Source of the DNA: Bugula neritina
Taxonomy: Eukaryota; Animalia; Bryozoa
DNA: 64,000 nucleotides
Direction: 5' to 3'
Assembly: GCA_964035545.1 (NCBI GenBank)
Contig: OZ037767.1
Coordinates: forward strand, 2,181,680 to 2,245,679
Shown: one piece after another, positions 1-15,600 of the stretch
Numbering within the stretch: position 1 is the stretch's first letter
How the letters are laid out: each line of letters begins with the position of its first letter
Translations under genes and position numbers: made by a program
The notes under the pieces: model-generated
What the model saw: only the letters and a program-made list of their open reading frames with translations
What the model was told of the DNA's origin: nothing
Databases searched by the model: none

Positions 1-3000
1 TAATACTAATAGTAACACTAGTAGTAAATGTAATGCTAAGTCCAATACCTAAAATTATACCTAGTCACTATCATAGTGAGAGTTCACATACATGATATCA
101 ATTATGCAAATGATCTTGTTTATGATACTATTACTTACTCTTAGTGTTGCACCCACAATGTTGTTCAAAACAGAAACACTAATGGTAATATTAATATTAA
201 TCATTAATCAATGATAATCATAATGCCAACCTACTCTAAGTTTAACTCTAAGGACTAAGAGTAAGTGGCTAAGTTTAAGTGAATTACACTTAGTATTGCT
301 ATTACTAACTTATACCCATACCAGTAAAATTAAGACTAAATCAAAGTGTAACTTATAACTCATGAGACTAAGACTAAGAGTAAAACTAAGAGTAAGAGTA
401 TGTCTTGGACTTAAAAAACAGTTAGTCTTATAATAATTATAATCATAACTCTTAGAGTCAGAGCCCTGCGGCCACACCTAGTCCTACTGATATTTATGAT
501 TATAATAAGTAACCAGAATCACTATGATTATGATACTACCTGATGATGAGTATAACTACAATTAAAACTAAGACTAACTCTAAGAGTAAAGTTAAAAGTA
601 AATTAAAATACAAGGCACAAGCGTTATAATTTTCATTATTAACTAAATATCAATAATTAGTAACGAAAATTATAGTAATTATCAGTATGATAATTGCAAT
701 AATTAATTAAAGCATAGCCTAATCATATTAGAAATTAAAATTGTTATTATTTGTTTTCAGTTTTATATTTCAAATTCAAATTGCAAATAATGAAATGAAA
801 TGGTAATAAACGGAAACAACGCAAAAAAGTGTTGAGCGGGATTGCTACAATCTTTTAACAGACGCATGGAACCAATCGTCAATAATAATAATAATAATAA
901 TAATTTATATTATTAACATTTTTGCTCAAACCTGTTCGTAAATATAAATAACAAATTACAAAAATATTTAGTCATTTATCATCGTTGATCCTTCTTTGTA
1001 AATATAAGCCTGCAATAATCTTGAGAATTATCTGGAAGAGGATAACTCTAAAAGTATTTTCCATAGTTCTACGCCATTAAAACCTCATAGCAGATTATAA
1101 CAAATTATATTGCAGTTTTAAAACGCTCCCTTATTAATAATTTGGATGCACTCGTGTAACTAAATTATAATTAAAGTTAATTTAAGATACCATGATAGGT
1201 AAGTAATTTAATCAGTAAAAATTAAATAAAATTTGCATTGCAACCACATCAGTTTTTGGCTTTATTAATCAATATTATTTTGACAAGCTATATGGTTTTT
1301 CTATTGCAAGAGCAATCTTTTTTATTCATGTTTGCACATACGGCTAGGCATTAAAATACTAGTAAAAGCTTAAACAAAATTGCACTTCTGTTACATAGTA
1401 TAGATTCCAATGCACATGGTGAATATCTCTTTGCATATATTTTATTCTTGGGTCATGCAATTATTGTAAGAAATATTACAGGCCTGTATCAGTTAGCATA
1501 CAACAAAACCAAGGTTACAGAAAGATATCAATAACTTAAAGCCACGAGAAATGACCAAAAATATAATAATTGCACCCAAAATTACATTGAAATAACCTGT
1601 GGAATTGTGAATATAAAACTAAGGCCTAAAAATTGGTAGACTTGGCTATTATCTCTTTTGTATCAAAAGTATTAAATATTATGTTTTCAACATTATACTA
1701 GTAGTACTACTTTTGACTTTTATTGACTGTAAATGACATTATGGTGTCACATAATACAACACTATCGTGGAGAAAGTTTAATATATATAACAGTATAGGT
1801 AATGCTATGAGTTGCGACATGACTAGCTATATATCCAACCACCCATTGTGTATATGATAATTTTACAAAAGCAAATTGCGAAGGCTCCAGCTGATTTCTC
1901 GTATCAGCACATACTACCCTGAAGCTTTTCATGTTTATGTTAAATTATTTCAACTGAGATACTGAGCCGTGGGATTAATCTCATTGGACAGAGTATAAGT
2001 AGGATGAATAAAGACATAGCGCTAGAACCATTATACACTGTTTGCATACCGAAAGGCTATTAAGGGCACCCTTTGTTCTAAGATTATAGGATCTCTACTA
2101 CTTAGAGAATTTGATTGTAACAAAGACATCTCTGATTGAAGATTATTAGTTTAAATTATAAAGGAAATTGTGAGTGTGAACTGCTAGGGTGTTGCGAGGA
2201 GTACGTGATTACAGCTATATAGAGGGACAACAAAGATTGTGCACTGAGCTAACTTGCGGCTACTTGCTCGTACTTGCTATGGCCATGACTGTTTGATACA
2301 GGTTAGAATTTACTCCATTACATATTCAATTGCAAACTGCTTAAGATTTCTAGCTTTGCTTTGCAGCTACAGTGAGTTGAAGAGGTTCAGATTGCGTGTA
2401 TTAAGTTTCATCTCAGGTTAATGTTACTTTCCGAACACGATAACAATTTTATAACTGGCCTTTCAACAAACTGTAAACACATTAATTTAAATTTTAAGTC
2501 CCATGTGTTATCATAAATAGTAATTATAATAAAATATAGCTAACACAACAATTATATAGTTACGTACTTGTAGTAGCCTACCATTAAATTTAGTTAAATG
2601 TTTATAGATTGTTACAGCTTATTAAGTGTACATAATGTTTTTTACATTTACATAATCTAATCATCAGCCGTCAACTGTATAAAAACTATAATAAAAGGTG
2701 AGGGTAGAGAATCAAAAGTATTATTATTTGACTGTTATAATTCAGTAAGCTCTTACTATATAGACTAAGTAACCATTCCTTTACAGCAATACTAAACTTA
2801 CCACTGGTAAGTTTGCCACAGTCCTGAGAGAGTAAAGTCAAGATAACTGCTACAGTTTACCAGTAGTCAGAAATGTTATAGGGCATGAAGCTGCAGTGTT
2901 TAAACAAACCAACCTTCAAGAGGAAAAAGGGAACATTAATATAATTTTAAAAAAAGTTTTACCAATATTCATGCAGTGTTTTGGGCAACTTGTTAGGTCA

Positions 3001-6000
3001 GAGATGGTTTTTTCTAATTTATGGATAACTGTCATTACTCTAAAACCACTTGAGTTGGAGACAAATTATTCTAATTTTTTTAAATTTGTAGCTTAGTCTT
3101 GGTAAAACAATGGGATATCAAACCTTGTATAAACGTAGATCTCATACAATTTCTCTATATCTGGGTTGCAGCAGAACAGAGCTTCTGGTCTGCTGAATTG
3201 GTTTAAACAAGATGTTCTGAAAATAGCCCTTGGTACTTTGTTAACTAAGTGCTTGGTGTAGATTCTAGGACAACTTGAGCTTCAAACATTCTGTGAAACA
3301 TTTGCTTCTTTTATTTTGTGAGCAGACAAAGTTGAAAATGTAAACAAAAAGTATTTTTGTAGTTATTTGGGGCCGCTTGTTAGCTCCGCAAAATATTGTC
3401 ATTAAGTTTTGGCAAGTTGTTATAGTTGCCCATCTCTTTACAGAAGTCTACCTCAGGTCTTTAAGAGTTTTTGTCTTAACTAAGAAAAAAAATTTAATTT
3501 GTATTCTAAGCATTTCCTATAAGCTTTGGCATATTTTTACTCAACCTGAAACCTATCAACTGTTAACTAGACAAAATATTTTTATAAACTAATATTGGGA
3601 TTTGCAAAAAATATTCAGAAATTTGATTGCCAACTTTCCTTATAAAATATGTCTTCTTTCCAGGAATCACTAATTGCCTTTCCTATTGTTGTTGATCCTC
3701 AGTCTTTGCTATTCAAAGAGGCCATAATGTTGATTTAAGTGAAATTTGTAGAAATTAAATCATAAAACCGCTAAATGATGTCTTCTTGAAATGACAAAAT
3801 TCATGAAGAATAAATAAATATTATAACAATAATATGATAAATAATAGCTTCGACTGCAAAATCAAAGTGTTTTCAACAATAAAACTTAAAATTTTCTTTT
3901 TGATGTATTCGGCCATCTCAATGTGAGATTCAGAGCTGTCAAGTGTCTATTATTTATTTACTGTATTCTTGCATACAAATACTGCTCAGTCATGCATACT
4001 AAGTTGGATATTTAGACCCTAATTACCAAATATGAAGACATTACCATCATCATGCCTGAATGCCAACATCTGCCTTGTTTACCTTTAACTGAAAAAATGT
4101 ATTCCAATGCAAACTCTAGCCTGTTTGTTTGACCACCTATAGCTACTTAATCTTATTCTAAATAATTCTCATTTATTTGTTTCTTTTGTTGACAAATAAT
4201 TTAAGTAAAGATGATAACAAACATCTTATTCCTCGGAACAATATTTATTTTTAGGATTTCTCAATAATTCGATTTATCCGTAAAAGCTACAGCATAGTTA
4301 GTTGTAGCAAGGTTGCTCCATGAGTGTGATTTCTAATCAAATATGCAGTAGTACCTAGGAGCAAATAATATTTTACTTGCAAAGATCGAAGCATATTATT
4401 TCCAGTAGTATAATTATTGTATATCTTTTTGAATTTTGTTCCTTTGTCAAACTAACAACAGAAAATAGCTGCGGACCAGTTAATCTTCTTGCTATCTAAT
4501 TGCTCGTTTGTATGGGTTGAATGGAATATTTTAATTTTGACATGCAGTACTGTAGTTTTATTAACTTATACGACACGCTAATCTTCTTTGAAGTATAGGG
4601 CTGGAACGGCATAATGTACATTACAGGGCTGCAATGGTTCTCATATTTCTAAAAAACGATAATGAAGCTAATTAAATACTATTACTTAGATAATACATTT
4701 GAATCTATAAAAATATGCCAAGCTAAATTTTCAGCAACATGTGTAATAGTCAAAACAGTTTAGAGGTTATGTTATAATAACTAAAATATGGAAATGGTGA
4801 AATATTTTATTTGTTTACTTTCATTCAAGTTGGTATATATTTGAATTCTTTTTTAATATGGCTTCTTAATTTTATAAAACTCTGAGCAGTTATTAAAATT
4901 TAAAGCCTAATTTGTTTAGTATTTAACAATATTATAATTATGGGCTGGAATTTCAAAGTGGGGCTTATGTCTCTATTAAAAACGCAGTATTGGCCCATCC
5001 CTACGCATCAAAGCTCTTGTTTGGCTTCGCTGATTATGATCAAGTAATAGCAGATAAGGGACAAAAGACGCAATCCTCTTAGCTCACAATGGCTTTGTGA
5101 GTGACTCGTGGCTGTCGCCTGCCTGGCTGTAGGCCGGCCTATCTTGGCACAAGCCTTTCGAGATAAGGTCTACTTCATAAAACGCTTCTTCTAACTACAA
5201 AAACTGGTCGCAGACCATTTTACATAATTGATCAATGATAATAAGAATAAATGCTAATACTACTAGTCACTAGTACAAACGCAGTTGCAAAAGCTTTAGG
5301 TTTTCTCAATGTTTTGTCATTCGACTGTCAAAGCATAGTCTGTAGAACTTTCAGAAGCAACTTTAATACAGAAAATAAAAAAATTGGAGGCGCATGCTGA
5401 CTAACACACTAGACTACATTTGCTTCACTCACTGACTGATATCAATTAACATTAGCACTAGTACTAAGCTCTGACTACTACTATAATACAATATTAGTTA
5501 ATGTGACTCAAGTTAAGTTAAAGACGAACTACACTGAGTTAGTTCAAATCCTAATTTGAATTTTGATGCGATAGTACTTGAATTATTCACACTCTTTAAG
5601 AGTGGACAGTAAGGAAGCTATTGTCAGGTGCTAAATTACCAGCACGGAGATATTTTATAGTAACTACTGTAATAGCTACTAAGAGAGTATGCATATAATT
5701 ATGAAAAGTCTAATGCATAGAAAACACAATGCTTTTAGATGTTTGGTCAGATTATTTGTAAACCTTGGCATAGTTTAGGAGTTTATTGACAAACTAAATA
5801 GTGTGAGATCTACCACATTTGATTGCAAAGTTGAGTGGGGCTGTTGTATCAACCCCTTATATACTCATAATTAGAAACCCAACTAAGTACACGGCATGTC
5901 TTCACACTGTAGAAGATTTTACTGAAAGTTTACTATCTGCTGGCTGTATGGGTATTAAATCATATCTTAGGGAAGGGTAGTTTCAGGTCTATTAGTCTTC

Positions 6001-8817
6001 CATTGTGTTCATACGACTCTAATTGCCTGTTTCGGCAATGTAGTGTCATTTAAAACTACTAAAAATATTTCTTCAACGGCAATTTAGTTTCATAGCAGCA
6101 AATTCATGCATCATTTAGATTAGAGCATGTTTTTCTTAATCAAGATCAACACTTAGATGTATGTAGTATATATATATGATCTCATCACCAACTATAGATT
6201 GCCATTTTGAGCCTGTGTTCTAAATACAGAATATAGCAAAAGAAGTTATGTTTCAGCCCCTCCCTCTTTCTCTGTGACCCAAACCAAGATTTATTGAAAA
6301 ATAAAAAAATATTTGGCTATTGAGATTTCTCTGTTACTGCACCTAATGCAACTGCATACCTTATTCTATGTCTGTTACTTATTGCTTCAGTACTGAGGGT
6401 AAAATTTCGCTTTGTGCAAATCTTTATTCTTAGTATTTAGAGATACTCAACTAAAGCTGTTACCTCCAACTAATATGCCCTTAAACACTTTATATTATAT
6501 TTATGTCTATAAAATACTGTTATTATATCGAGTATATCACTATTGACTGGCAAATAAACCAAATACTTGAAGTAATCTGAAGATGAATTAAAAATTACAT
6601 GCATGGAATCTTGATTGAAATTTGTGGCAAAAGTTTTGAAATAACTGCTTACTCTAATGAAATATTAAACAAACCAATATTGAAATTAATAAGTCTAGTT
6701 TGGTAGTGTCGCACTATGTCTCGACATTTTTCTCTTCTAGATCATGAGGCTATTCCTATAATAATCATGTATAATGTAACATGCATGGTATACTATTTTT
6801 ATAAGCTATTATCAGAAAACAGATAAAAGCTTTTCATGGGCCATCAAAATATATATATGTACGTATATAATACATGTCAGTGAAGTGTTTGTGGCCTGTA
6901 GATAATAGTGTTTAGTAAGTGGAGTAGCGATATTGTGTTATCTTGTATTTGTTTGCCTAGCGTGGCCCATACGATAAGAGTGTTTGATAAGTGTGTTACG
7001 TAGCCATTATAACTAACCACTACTTCAGTTACCTGTGTGACTTAAACCGTCTATACTTACAAAGAATGGTGGATTATTTAATTTTAAAACATTTATTTAA
7101 ATTAGAAAACAAATTAGTTTCATTATATCATAACACTGCATATTAACCCACAGTATCTATTACAAATAAGCTATCATAAGTCTAAGTTATTTCATCACAG
7201 AATGTGGGTATAACAGATATTTCAACTAATTTCGCAACTATCTTCATTTTGACCTTACAATGTTTTCCTTGACCTGTATATCCTGTAGTGCTGAAGTTTT
7301 AGTTTCTTTTTAAGGATAGGTGGTTGGTCAAACAGTGCTTTAGCTAATTTCATTTGTTGCTTGTTGGGAACAAGGTCTAACCAGTGTCTCAAAGTGTGAT
7401 ATTATGCTACATGTATGAGGCTCTGTGGGTGATGGCATATGGAACGAATTAGTCTACAATAAGAATGAGTACATTCACAGTTTCATGCTGTTGATATGCT
7501 GTTCCATGTGAACCGACCTCTCTGCTATCTCATTGTACTCCATGAATAATTTATAATACTTACGACTTTAGCTAGTACTTATGCCGACAGTTATTTGGCC
7601 AAATTTGAATTCAAATTGATGCATTTTTTCAATGTTTTTTTCTGTAGCTTTTCTAAAATATTGTTTTAGACCAGTTGATGACTCATAAACAGATTTAAAT
7701 TATATAAAAATAATAAACACAATAACTGACTGACTGTCAAAAATAAAGGAATGTTTTACCCAAACTATTTTAACTGTTTAGAAAATTTACACATTTGAGC
7801 TAATATATCTCAGGTTATTAATGTTGGCATGACAATCTATAGTTATGAATGTATTGTAACTAAGTTAATAAATATCTAATTTTCAACTATTATTATAACT
7901 GCATAAGTGTTCAAACTAATGTTAACTAATAAAGCTATTATAATAGCCAAATAATTTCAACAACATAATAATTATCAACTTAAAAGTAAATGAAATTTGA
8001 GTATAATTATGGGAATAAACTTTATCTGCAATGTGAGTTACTAGTTTCAGCTGGTAAGTGCTCATATTGTGTAATTATAAATGTTAGCTGATATCACAAA
8101 TATTGCCTAGTGCTGAAATTAGCCATTCCTTTGAGTCCTTTTGATCTTAGTTCTTAGCATAAATTGAATTTAGAGTAGTTAGATTATGGTAATTTTGAGT
8201 TATTTGATAAACAAGTGTGATTTCACAGCTATAATAATGAAGCTGCTCGTAGCTCATACTTACCATCAAAGCTCATGGCTTTTCTGCTGAGGTTAATTTT
8301 CTATTTAAATTGTCGTACATTTTATAATATTTAAGCATCTTGTAAACTACTGATAGCAATAGCCAGGCAATCAGGTTTGTTATTTTTTTAGCATCTGGGC
8401 CCTCATATTTGTATGCAAAATATTGTATAGCTAGATTAGCCAAAAATCTGCAATTTTGAAATTTACTCGCTCAAAGTGAAATTCATGTATGTTCGTATGT
8501 ATTATAAAAACCTTGTCATTATTATTAAATAACAAAATCGGTTTATAAGACTAATTATACTATATTAGAATTTAGACACATTCCTATTATGAACGAGCTA
8601 GACATAGTGTGTACCGTTTCTAACCCTCCATACTGAATAGGCTAAGATCTAAACTATTTAGCTAAATGCAAAGATGCTATACAATGTAATCTCTCTGATT
8701 TACGACATTGTCTTATACTAGTTTTGTTTTATTAAATTAAGCTGGAAAAGGTTGAATCAGATAAAAGGAAGCAAACACTGATTTTCAAAGTCTCTAAGCT
8801 ATAGCTTGAAGAGAGCA

Positions 8818-9588
8818 ATGCAAGCCTCCTCAGCTGAAAGTATCACAGAGCTTAATGATCTTTTAGACTTCAATGCTGTGAGTCAAAACTGCACAAAATT
8901 TTCCATGTAGATTAATTAAATTCTTTTTTTCGTAGAAAAAAAAGGTTTTTACAAGTTATATGTCATGTAGGCATTATTTATCTTTTATGCTGTTGTTTTT
9001 AATACCTGCAGTTATTTACTGGACCTTCGGGCAACAACTCAACTAGCAAACTAGATTCCCAAACATTTTCTTCATACAGAGGTAAGACAACTTCCTAAGC
9101 TTTATAATAGTATCTTATTATAATTGTTATGATACTTCATTTATGATGTATAAGCATTTAATCTAAGTAAAAGGTACTTATGAGTTATGACTATTGGATT
9201 ACACGTAATGTGTACGTTGTAAACAGTTATATAAACGTTACCAGGACAGTGTGAATATACTTGTATCAATACTTAATATGTAACTTATTACGAAGTTATC
9301 ACTTTACTAAAATGTATAATTAAAAGTATTATAATAATTTAACCAAAGTTATGGTTTGTACAATGTTATATTTTAAAATCAAGAAAGACCATGCCATTAT
9401 AAACAGTATTATCAAAGCATCCTCTAGTCTTTCAGTTATTAGTCATAACACACTTTTGCAGTCTTATGACGTAATATTGATTTTTATGGCCATATCTTTA
9501 TGCTAGATGAATTATAAAAATCTCATATATTTTATAATTATATAAACGTTCAGAAGATGACAGGACACTAGCTTTTAAAGTTTATATG

Positions 9589-9650
<62 letters not shown>

Positions 9651-12600
9651 TTTTAAGGAACATTAACTTAAACATGGTTATAGTTCTGAGCTCAGTAATG
9701 GAATTTTTGTACTAAAATGTAGACTTGATGAGTAAAATCAGGTCTGCAATTGACAGCTACTAGAATTGGTAAACTGTTAGAAGTTGTTGAATGATTTGCT
9801 GCAGGGATGTTTAGCTATTAGTTGTTACTTTACTTAAGCCTACTTCAACCTACTAGTTACTCATATTAATAGCCACATTATATTTATATCAATAGGGCTG
9901 GGCTTCCATAGCTTCCAGTAAAAAAGTATTGATTTTGGATTATATCTGCCCCAACTACTAATTTGAAGAAAATTTTATGGTTTACGAATTTTTAGCAAAG
10001 CTTTGCCTAAAGCATTTTATGTTACAAAAAGCTTTAAGATACAATTTGTCATTAAAATTGAATTTTTGAATTTTCTTTTGAGAGGTTTATTCCGTCACAC
10101 AAACTGTATTCTGTACTATTCCAATGTAAGACAATATCTGATATTACAGTGGTCTGCCTAGCGTAGTTGTAAGGTTAAAAATAGTTAAGCTAAATGAAAA
10201 GCTTTAGAATATGAAATGACAGCTGTATATAGAAAGCACAGCCATTTTGATTCATCAACAGTATCTGATTGCAGATGATTTGGCATCTTGGAGCTCTGGT
10301 GCAGATTACAGGGTAAGCCTAAACTTTGATAAACTAAACTATGTCTTTTATTTTAAATTTTGTTTACAAGTTACTACCACTACCAATTTGTAGTCACCTG
10401 AAATATTTAAGAGTTATCTCCTTTTTGATGACAATAGATAACTCCATGTAAATGTGATTTTGAGAAAAAAGTTGATGAGCAATAAGGACAATTAATTGCA
10501 ATTATAATTTATGCACGTTTTATGACAATTAACTTAGTTTTGTAACCTACTCGTGCTAAGCTAAAGTAGCTATACCTCAATTGTGGCTGATTTTTCGTAT
10601 CTCTAATACTAAAGGTGGTTAAGCAATGCTAAAGCCTAAAACTCAAACAACAGGACGGAAGGTCCAAACATTTCATTTTTACTCAGTACTAAAACTGTAA
10701 CTATCCCTATAAAATAAGCTTCAAAAATAGTGGTATTAAGTTCAATAGAAGAAAATTTTGAATTAATTACAAATTTTTAATCTGTAACCATGCAATTATA
10801 GTATTTTGGAAATAACGGAGGGGATAGCAGCACAACCAACTTGAATGTCACAACTAACTATGGAACTGAGCTAAGTAAATCCACTACTCTCCAGCAGTAC
10901 ATCAACAACTTCCCTCCTACCAGCCAGTCTTTGTCAAGTGGATCTGATCACGTAAGCCATAGCCTTAGGCAAAAGCAACCTATGTTATCCACTTTTTAAA
11001 CAATAGTGTATTTGGATGGCTAGAGATATTTATATAGCTATGGTGTTAATAGAGTTAAGGCTCTATTGTTTAGCTATTTGACCAGCCATTACATTTAGAC
11101 TATTAAAGCTACCATGACTTGTTTATAGACAATAAAGTATTATTTACAAATAAGATCATGTATTTATTATAAACAAGGCTATAACTAGCATGACATAGCT
11201 ATGCGTGCCATGAGAATATCAGAAATTCACAGAAATATATTCTGTGAAGAATACTAATGAGAAAAACATCATGACATGTAACATCTCGGCCCTATATGAA
11301 GTGTTATAGAATCCTTATCAGAAACATAATCAGTCTATGAATTTGTGGTTACAATTGGGTCTTTATTATTCATCCACAAAATTGATCAGCAAGGAATTTG
11401 TTCCTCAATAATTCTATTGCAGACACTCTGCAATAAATCTAACTTAATAAAGTTTTTATACGAGTTGTTTAGGTAGTAAAAAATTCTTAGCCGTTTTCTG
11501 GAAGAAGAGGAAAATAATGGATACATAAAAGTTCTTTTCATTCAAAAGCTCACAAATTTTACCAAATACTCTGTCTAGTGACTTGCTATAGAGTTTTTTA
11601 CTAACTCAGACAAATTAGCAACTTCGTTTTTTCATTAAATAAAAATTTGAAAAGTTAAATGAAATTCAGTTTAGTAATCAGCCTGTTTTATGATGAGCTG
11701 TTCTTTTCAACAACAAAATATTTTCAAAGCTAACATTTAAATAATTTTATGTACATAAAATTTTTAAACCTGAGAAACAATGCTGTTAATTAAATGATAA
11801 CTGGTTGTTTATCAAATTAATTTTTGAAAAAAAACAGGTCAAACTTAGTATAGATTAATGTTTGGCAAATTGATCAATAAGATAATTAATACTAATATTA
11901 TTAATAATAATGTAATATATTTCTGAGTCTCTTGTAATAGTATTGATGCTGATATGAGTCTTTTAATGTTGTAGTTGCTGCAAATTGACTCCTCGGCCAA
12001 GGGAGATGGTAAGCTAGTTTAGTTTAAAGCATAACATAATTCAATACTCACCGCTCTTAAAATTATAAAATATTATTTAAAAAAGATATTCAAGTGTTTT
12101 AACAGAGTTATGTTTATATTTTGTAGTTGAAAAGAATGGAAAGTTACCAGTAAGTTGCTTTTTCTTGTCTTATGTTACGGAATATATAAGTTGTTTTACA
12201 TAGTTTTTTGATGTGATGCATGTTTAAAGGAGTATCATGGAAAAATTTGTAGTGCCTCTAAATAAGTAACCCTCACCCTAAACAAAAATTATAAATGTAA
12301 TAAAGTATTTGAATAATTTATTTATTTTATTGTAGCATTAAAAACTGATTGAACAAGATTGTTTATTTTGAGCATTAGGTACAGCAATGCATTTTTTTTT
12401 ACAAACTTGAAATGTTTTTTTATGACAAAATACAAATTCAGTCATTTGAATCTGGCCATGTCAGAATATGACTTATAAAACTGGATTTCGAAATCGGTCT
12501 GGAATGTGTTTACATCTTCTGTATGTAAACTAGGACCCAGACAATGCTAGGCTAGTGTATTTGTATTTAAAACTGCTCCCTAATATAACTGAGTGAAGTA

Positions 12601-15600
12601 ATTAGCTTGGCCTGCTGTCTTTAGGTTATTAAATAATTACTTTACATTGATAACCAGACTTTGGGTTATGTAACTCTGCCACTCCCTTTACTTGCATTAA
12701 TTAATCCTACAATGAAATGTTGTTTTATGTTTATTTTGGCTCAATCACGCAACTTGCTACTCAATTGTGGGTGGAAGATGTTCTATAGCATGAAAGTTTA
12801 CTTATAGCTTTTATGTAATCAATAAAGTAAACTTTTACAAATTTATATGGGCTAAAAATTCTGTGGACCAAAGTCCATGCTGGGTTAGGTAGTTGTGAAC
12901 TACTAACGCAATAAAACTGACTACTGAGACAGCAACGCTGAAAGCGATGTTGTAATGAAGCCAATTTGGTTTTACTAGCTGCCAATTAAATGCTTAACCT
13001 TTGACCTCTTAAGTAGCCTTTGTAAAGAAATGACTGACATTTCAGTGTAAACATAATAGTGGTTTATGATCAAAATAAAGTTGTAGGTCTGCATACTCCA
13101 GTATAGCTATCTAAACCTTATTAATCAGCTCTCCGTAATCATAATACTGCATTACTGCTGACGCCACTAACATTGCTGCCTCAACTAAGCAGCAATATTC
13201 ATATGACTCATTCGTTTTCTTGCTACAGTTAGCTATTGACTAGTATTCTCTTCACTGGATTATCATAGCTAGTAGTAACTCAAACTGTTAGTAGTAACTG
13301 TCAGTAGTAACTGTCAGTAGTAACTGTCAGTAGTAACTGTTAGTAGTAACTGTCAGTAGTAACTGTCAGCTAGTAGTAGTAACTGCTAAACACAGACTTG
13401 TACATCATAGGATTTAACTTCCTTCTACCATGAACGGGTCAAACGAGCTGTACTCCCACTATACATCTCAGCTGGTAGGCTGCCTACATTTACACATTAT
13501 TATAATCTAAATGATTAACTGGAAATGTAATAAAATACCATACATACAAGATGAAAGTGTTGTTTAATGATTTTGAGATAAAAATATTGCTAACACTGTC
13601 TTGTACATTTGTTTAATAAGTGGATAGTAATGTTACAGTACATATGCATTTAGTCACAAAAAGCTAATCTTTTGCATAGCTACACTTTTGATTAACTTGT
13701 TTTAGCTTGCTTTTAGTTTTTATCAAAAAGTTCTAATATAAGAATGGAATTTCTTGTAGCAAATAACTGCTGTGGAATAATGTTGGTTTTTTTTCTGTTG
13801 GTTGTATTCTGGGAGTGAATTGCGTCAATTGAGTCTTGGGAAATGTTACGTCTTGGTGGAAAATATTATGCTATATGCTGTCCTACTAGAACTTAATTGT
13901 TATTTAATTATAATTCTTGGTTTAAGGATAAGCTACAATACTATCTCATCTAAGAAGCTGGTAACTTCACTTTTGCTGTAATGAAACTAAATAGAGCCTT
14001 TTGCTCTGACCACTGTATTACCCAAATTTTCTAGCCATCAAACTTGAAGAAAACCATGCACTAAGCACACGCATACAAGTGAAATCAATTATTATTGTAT
14101 AACAAAACAATTAAGTTTCAGATTGGGCCTGTTATTAAATTGAAGTTTATTTATAGAAGCATTTTTTAGGATTATATTTTAATTGGATAATTCCTCAACC
14201 AATGGAAAGTATTGGTTAATCAGCTACTTCCTCTAGGGAGAATTTGTGGTCAAAGTTTGGGGGTAGCAGGAGTACCTCCCCACCAAGTTTTGGCCACTGG
14301 GAACAAGGCCAACGTTGATAGATAGAAAGTAATGATATTTCAATCACCTAAATATTTTTGTAGATAGTAATGTTATGTGACAACTTTGCTATTACTTGTG
14401 TGTTCAACAATATTATACATTGGGTTTACCAGTCCACTTCTTCCTGTCTAATAGTCTGAGGAATCCCTGGTATTTTTAGTAGAAGGGAATTCCATTTGAT
14501 GGTAACAGGTGCTAGTACTACGTGTAATATTCATTCATCTGGTGAGAGCACCTGTTAAAGATGTCTCTGCCACACACATTGAACCTGCCAACACATGCCT
14601 GCTGTCAGTACAGGGCATAAAGTAGGGTATACTCAAAACAGTGTTTATTCAAGTGATGGTACTAAAACATACTCAACAGTGACTGGAACACAATTTCTGA
14701 TAAACTAATTAAGATATTCATATTGTTTAGTCCTTGGGTGCTGGAAGATTGAATTTTTATCTATTAAATTTATTTTATCTGTTTAATTCGTTATCAAAAC
14801 TACAAATTTGGCAGCTAATCAAAGCAATGCTGCTTGTTGGCTCATTAAGTTAGTCGATGACATGAGTTAGCTAGTATCTAACCACAATGTAGAAAATTCC
14901 CATTTCAAACATGACCACTAGAAAGAACAATGCCTGCTTCAAATTAATAAGAATACTTTTTTCATTTTTTGTCAAGTCAGTTTTCTGGTCAAATATGTGT
15001 AGTTGGAAATGTTTTAGACCAAATGCAAAAAGTTTCAAATGATATTTTGAGAACAGAGCATAACAGTCATCAAAGATTTAGCTGTGAAGCCTCTATTCAA
15101 TTTGATTTCAAAGTCATTTGTGGTTTTTACTGACAAATGAACTTCACCAAAACATCTAAAATGTCAAAACAACACAAATATGTACAAAACAATCTGACAA
15201 AACAATATATTTATACTAGAAAGTTTTTCACACAAGGCTTTCTCAAATTTTTTTTTATAAAATTGGTTTCACAAAAAAACATCTAAAAATAATTCAATAA
15301 AAAGCAGACCCCAAACCAGAATTTATTAAAAAAACTAAATTTCTTTAGTAGGTACTGTATTTAAAAGTCACATTAATATTTGTAATATAAACTTCAGCCA
15401 AGTATGGCACAATAAACTTAGGGCCATTTATGAATGTAAAGGCAGTTTCTAAACATAAGAACATTGCTTATTAGTTATATAAAACGTTGCACTTTTAACT
15501 TTTCATCAGTTTGTCATAGTTTCTTATTAATAAATTTCAGGGTTACCATGAAGAGTTTCAATCATCAGCCCAGCCGGGAGGATCGTCTACCTTCCCTACA

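Noticed and set aside
4596-5003. Possible hAT-type MITE (tagggctgg...cccatcccta)
   Set aside because: Terminal similarity is short and imperfect and there is no 8-bp TSD.
5050-6995. Clusters of GATA motifs at 5050-5170 and 6935-6995
   Set aside because: Plausible enhancers, but too likely by chance in AT-rich DNA to support without conservation data.
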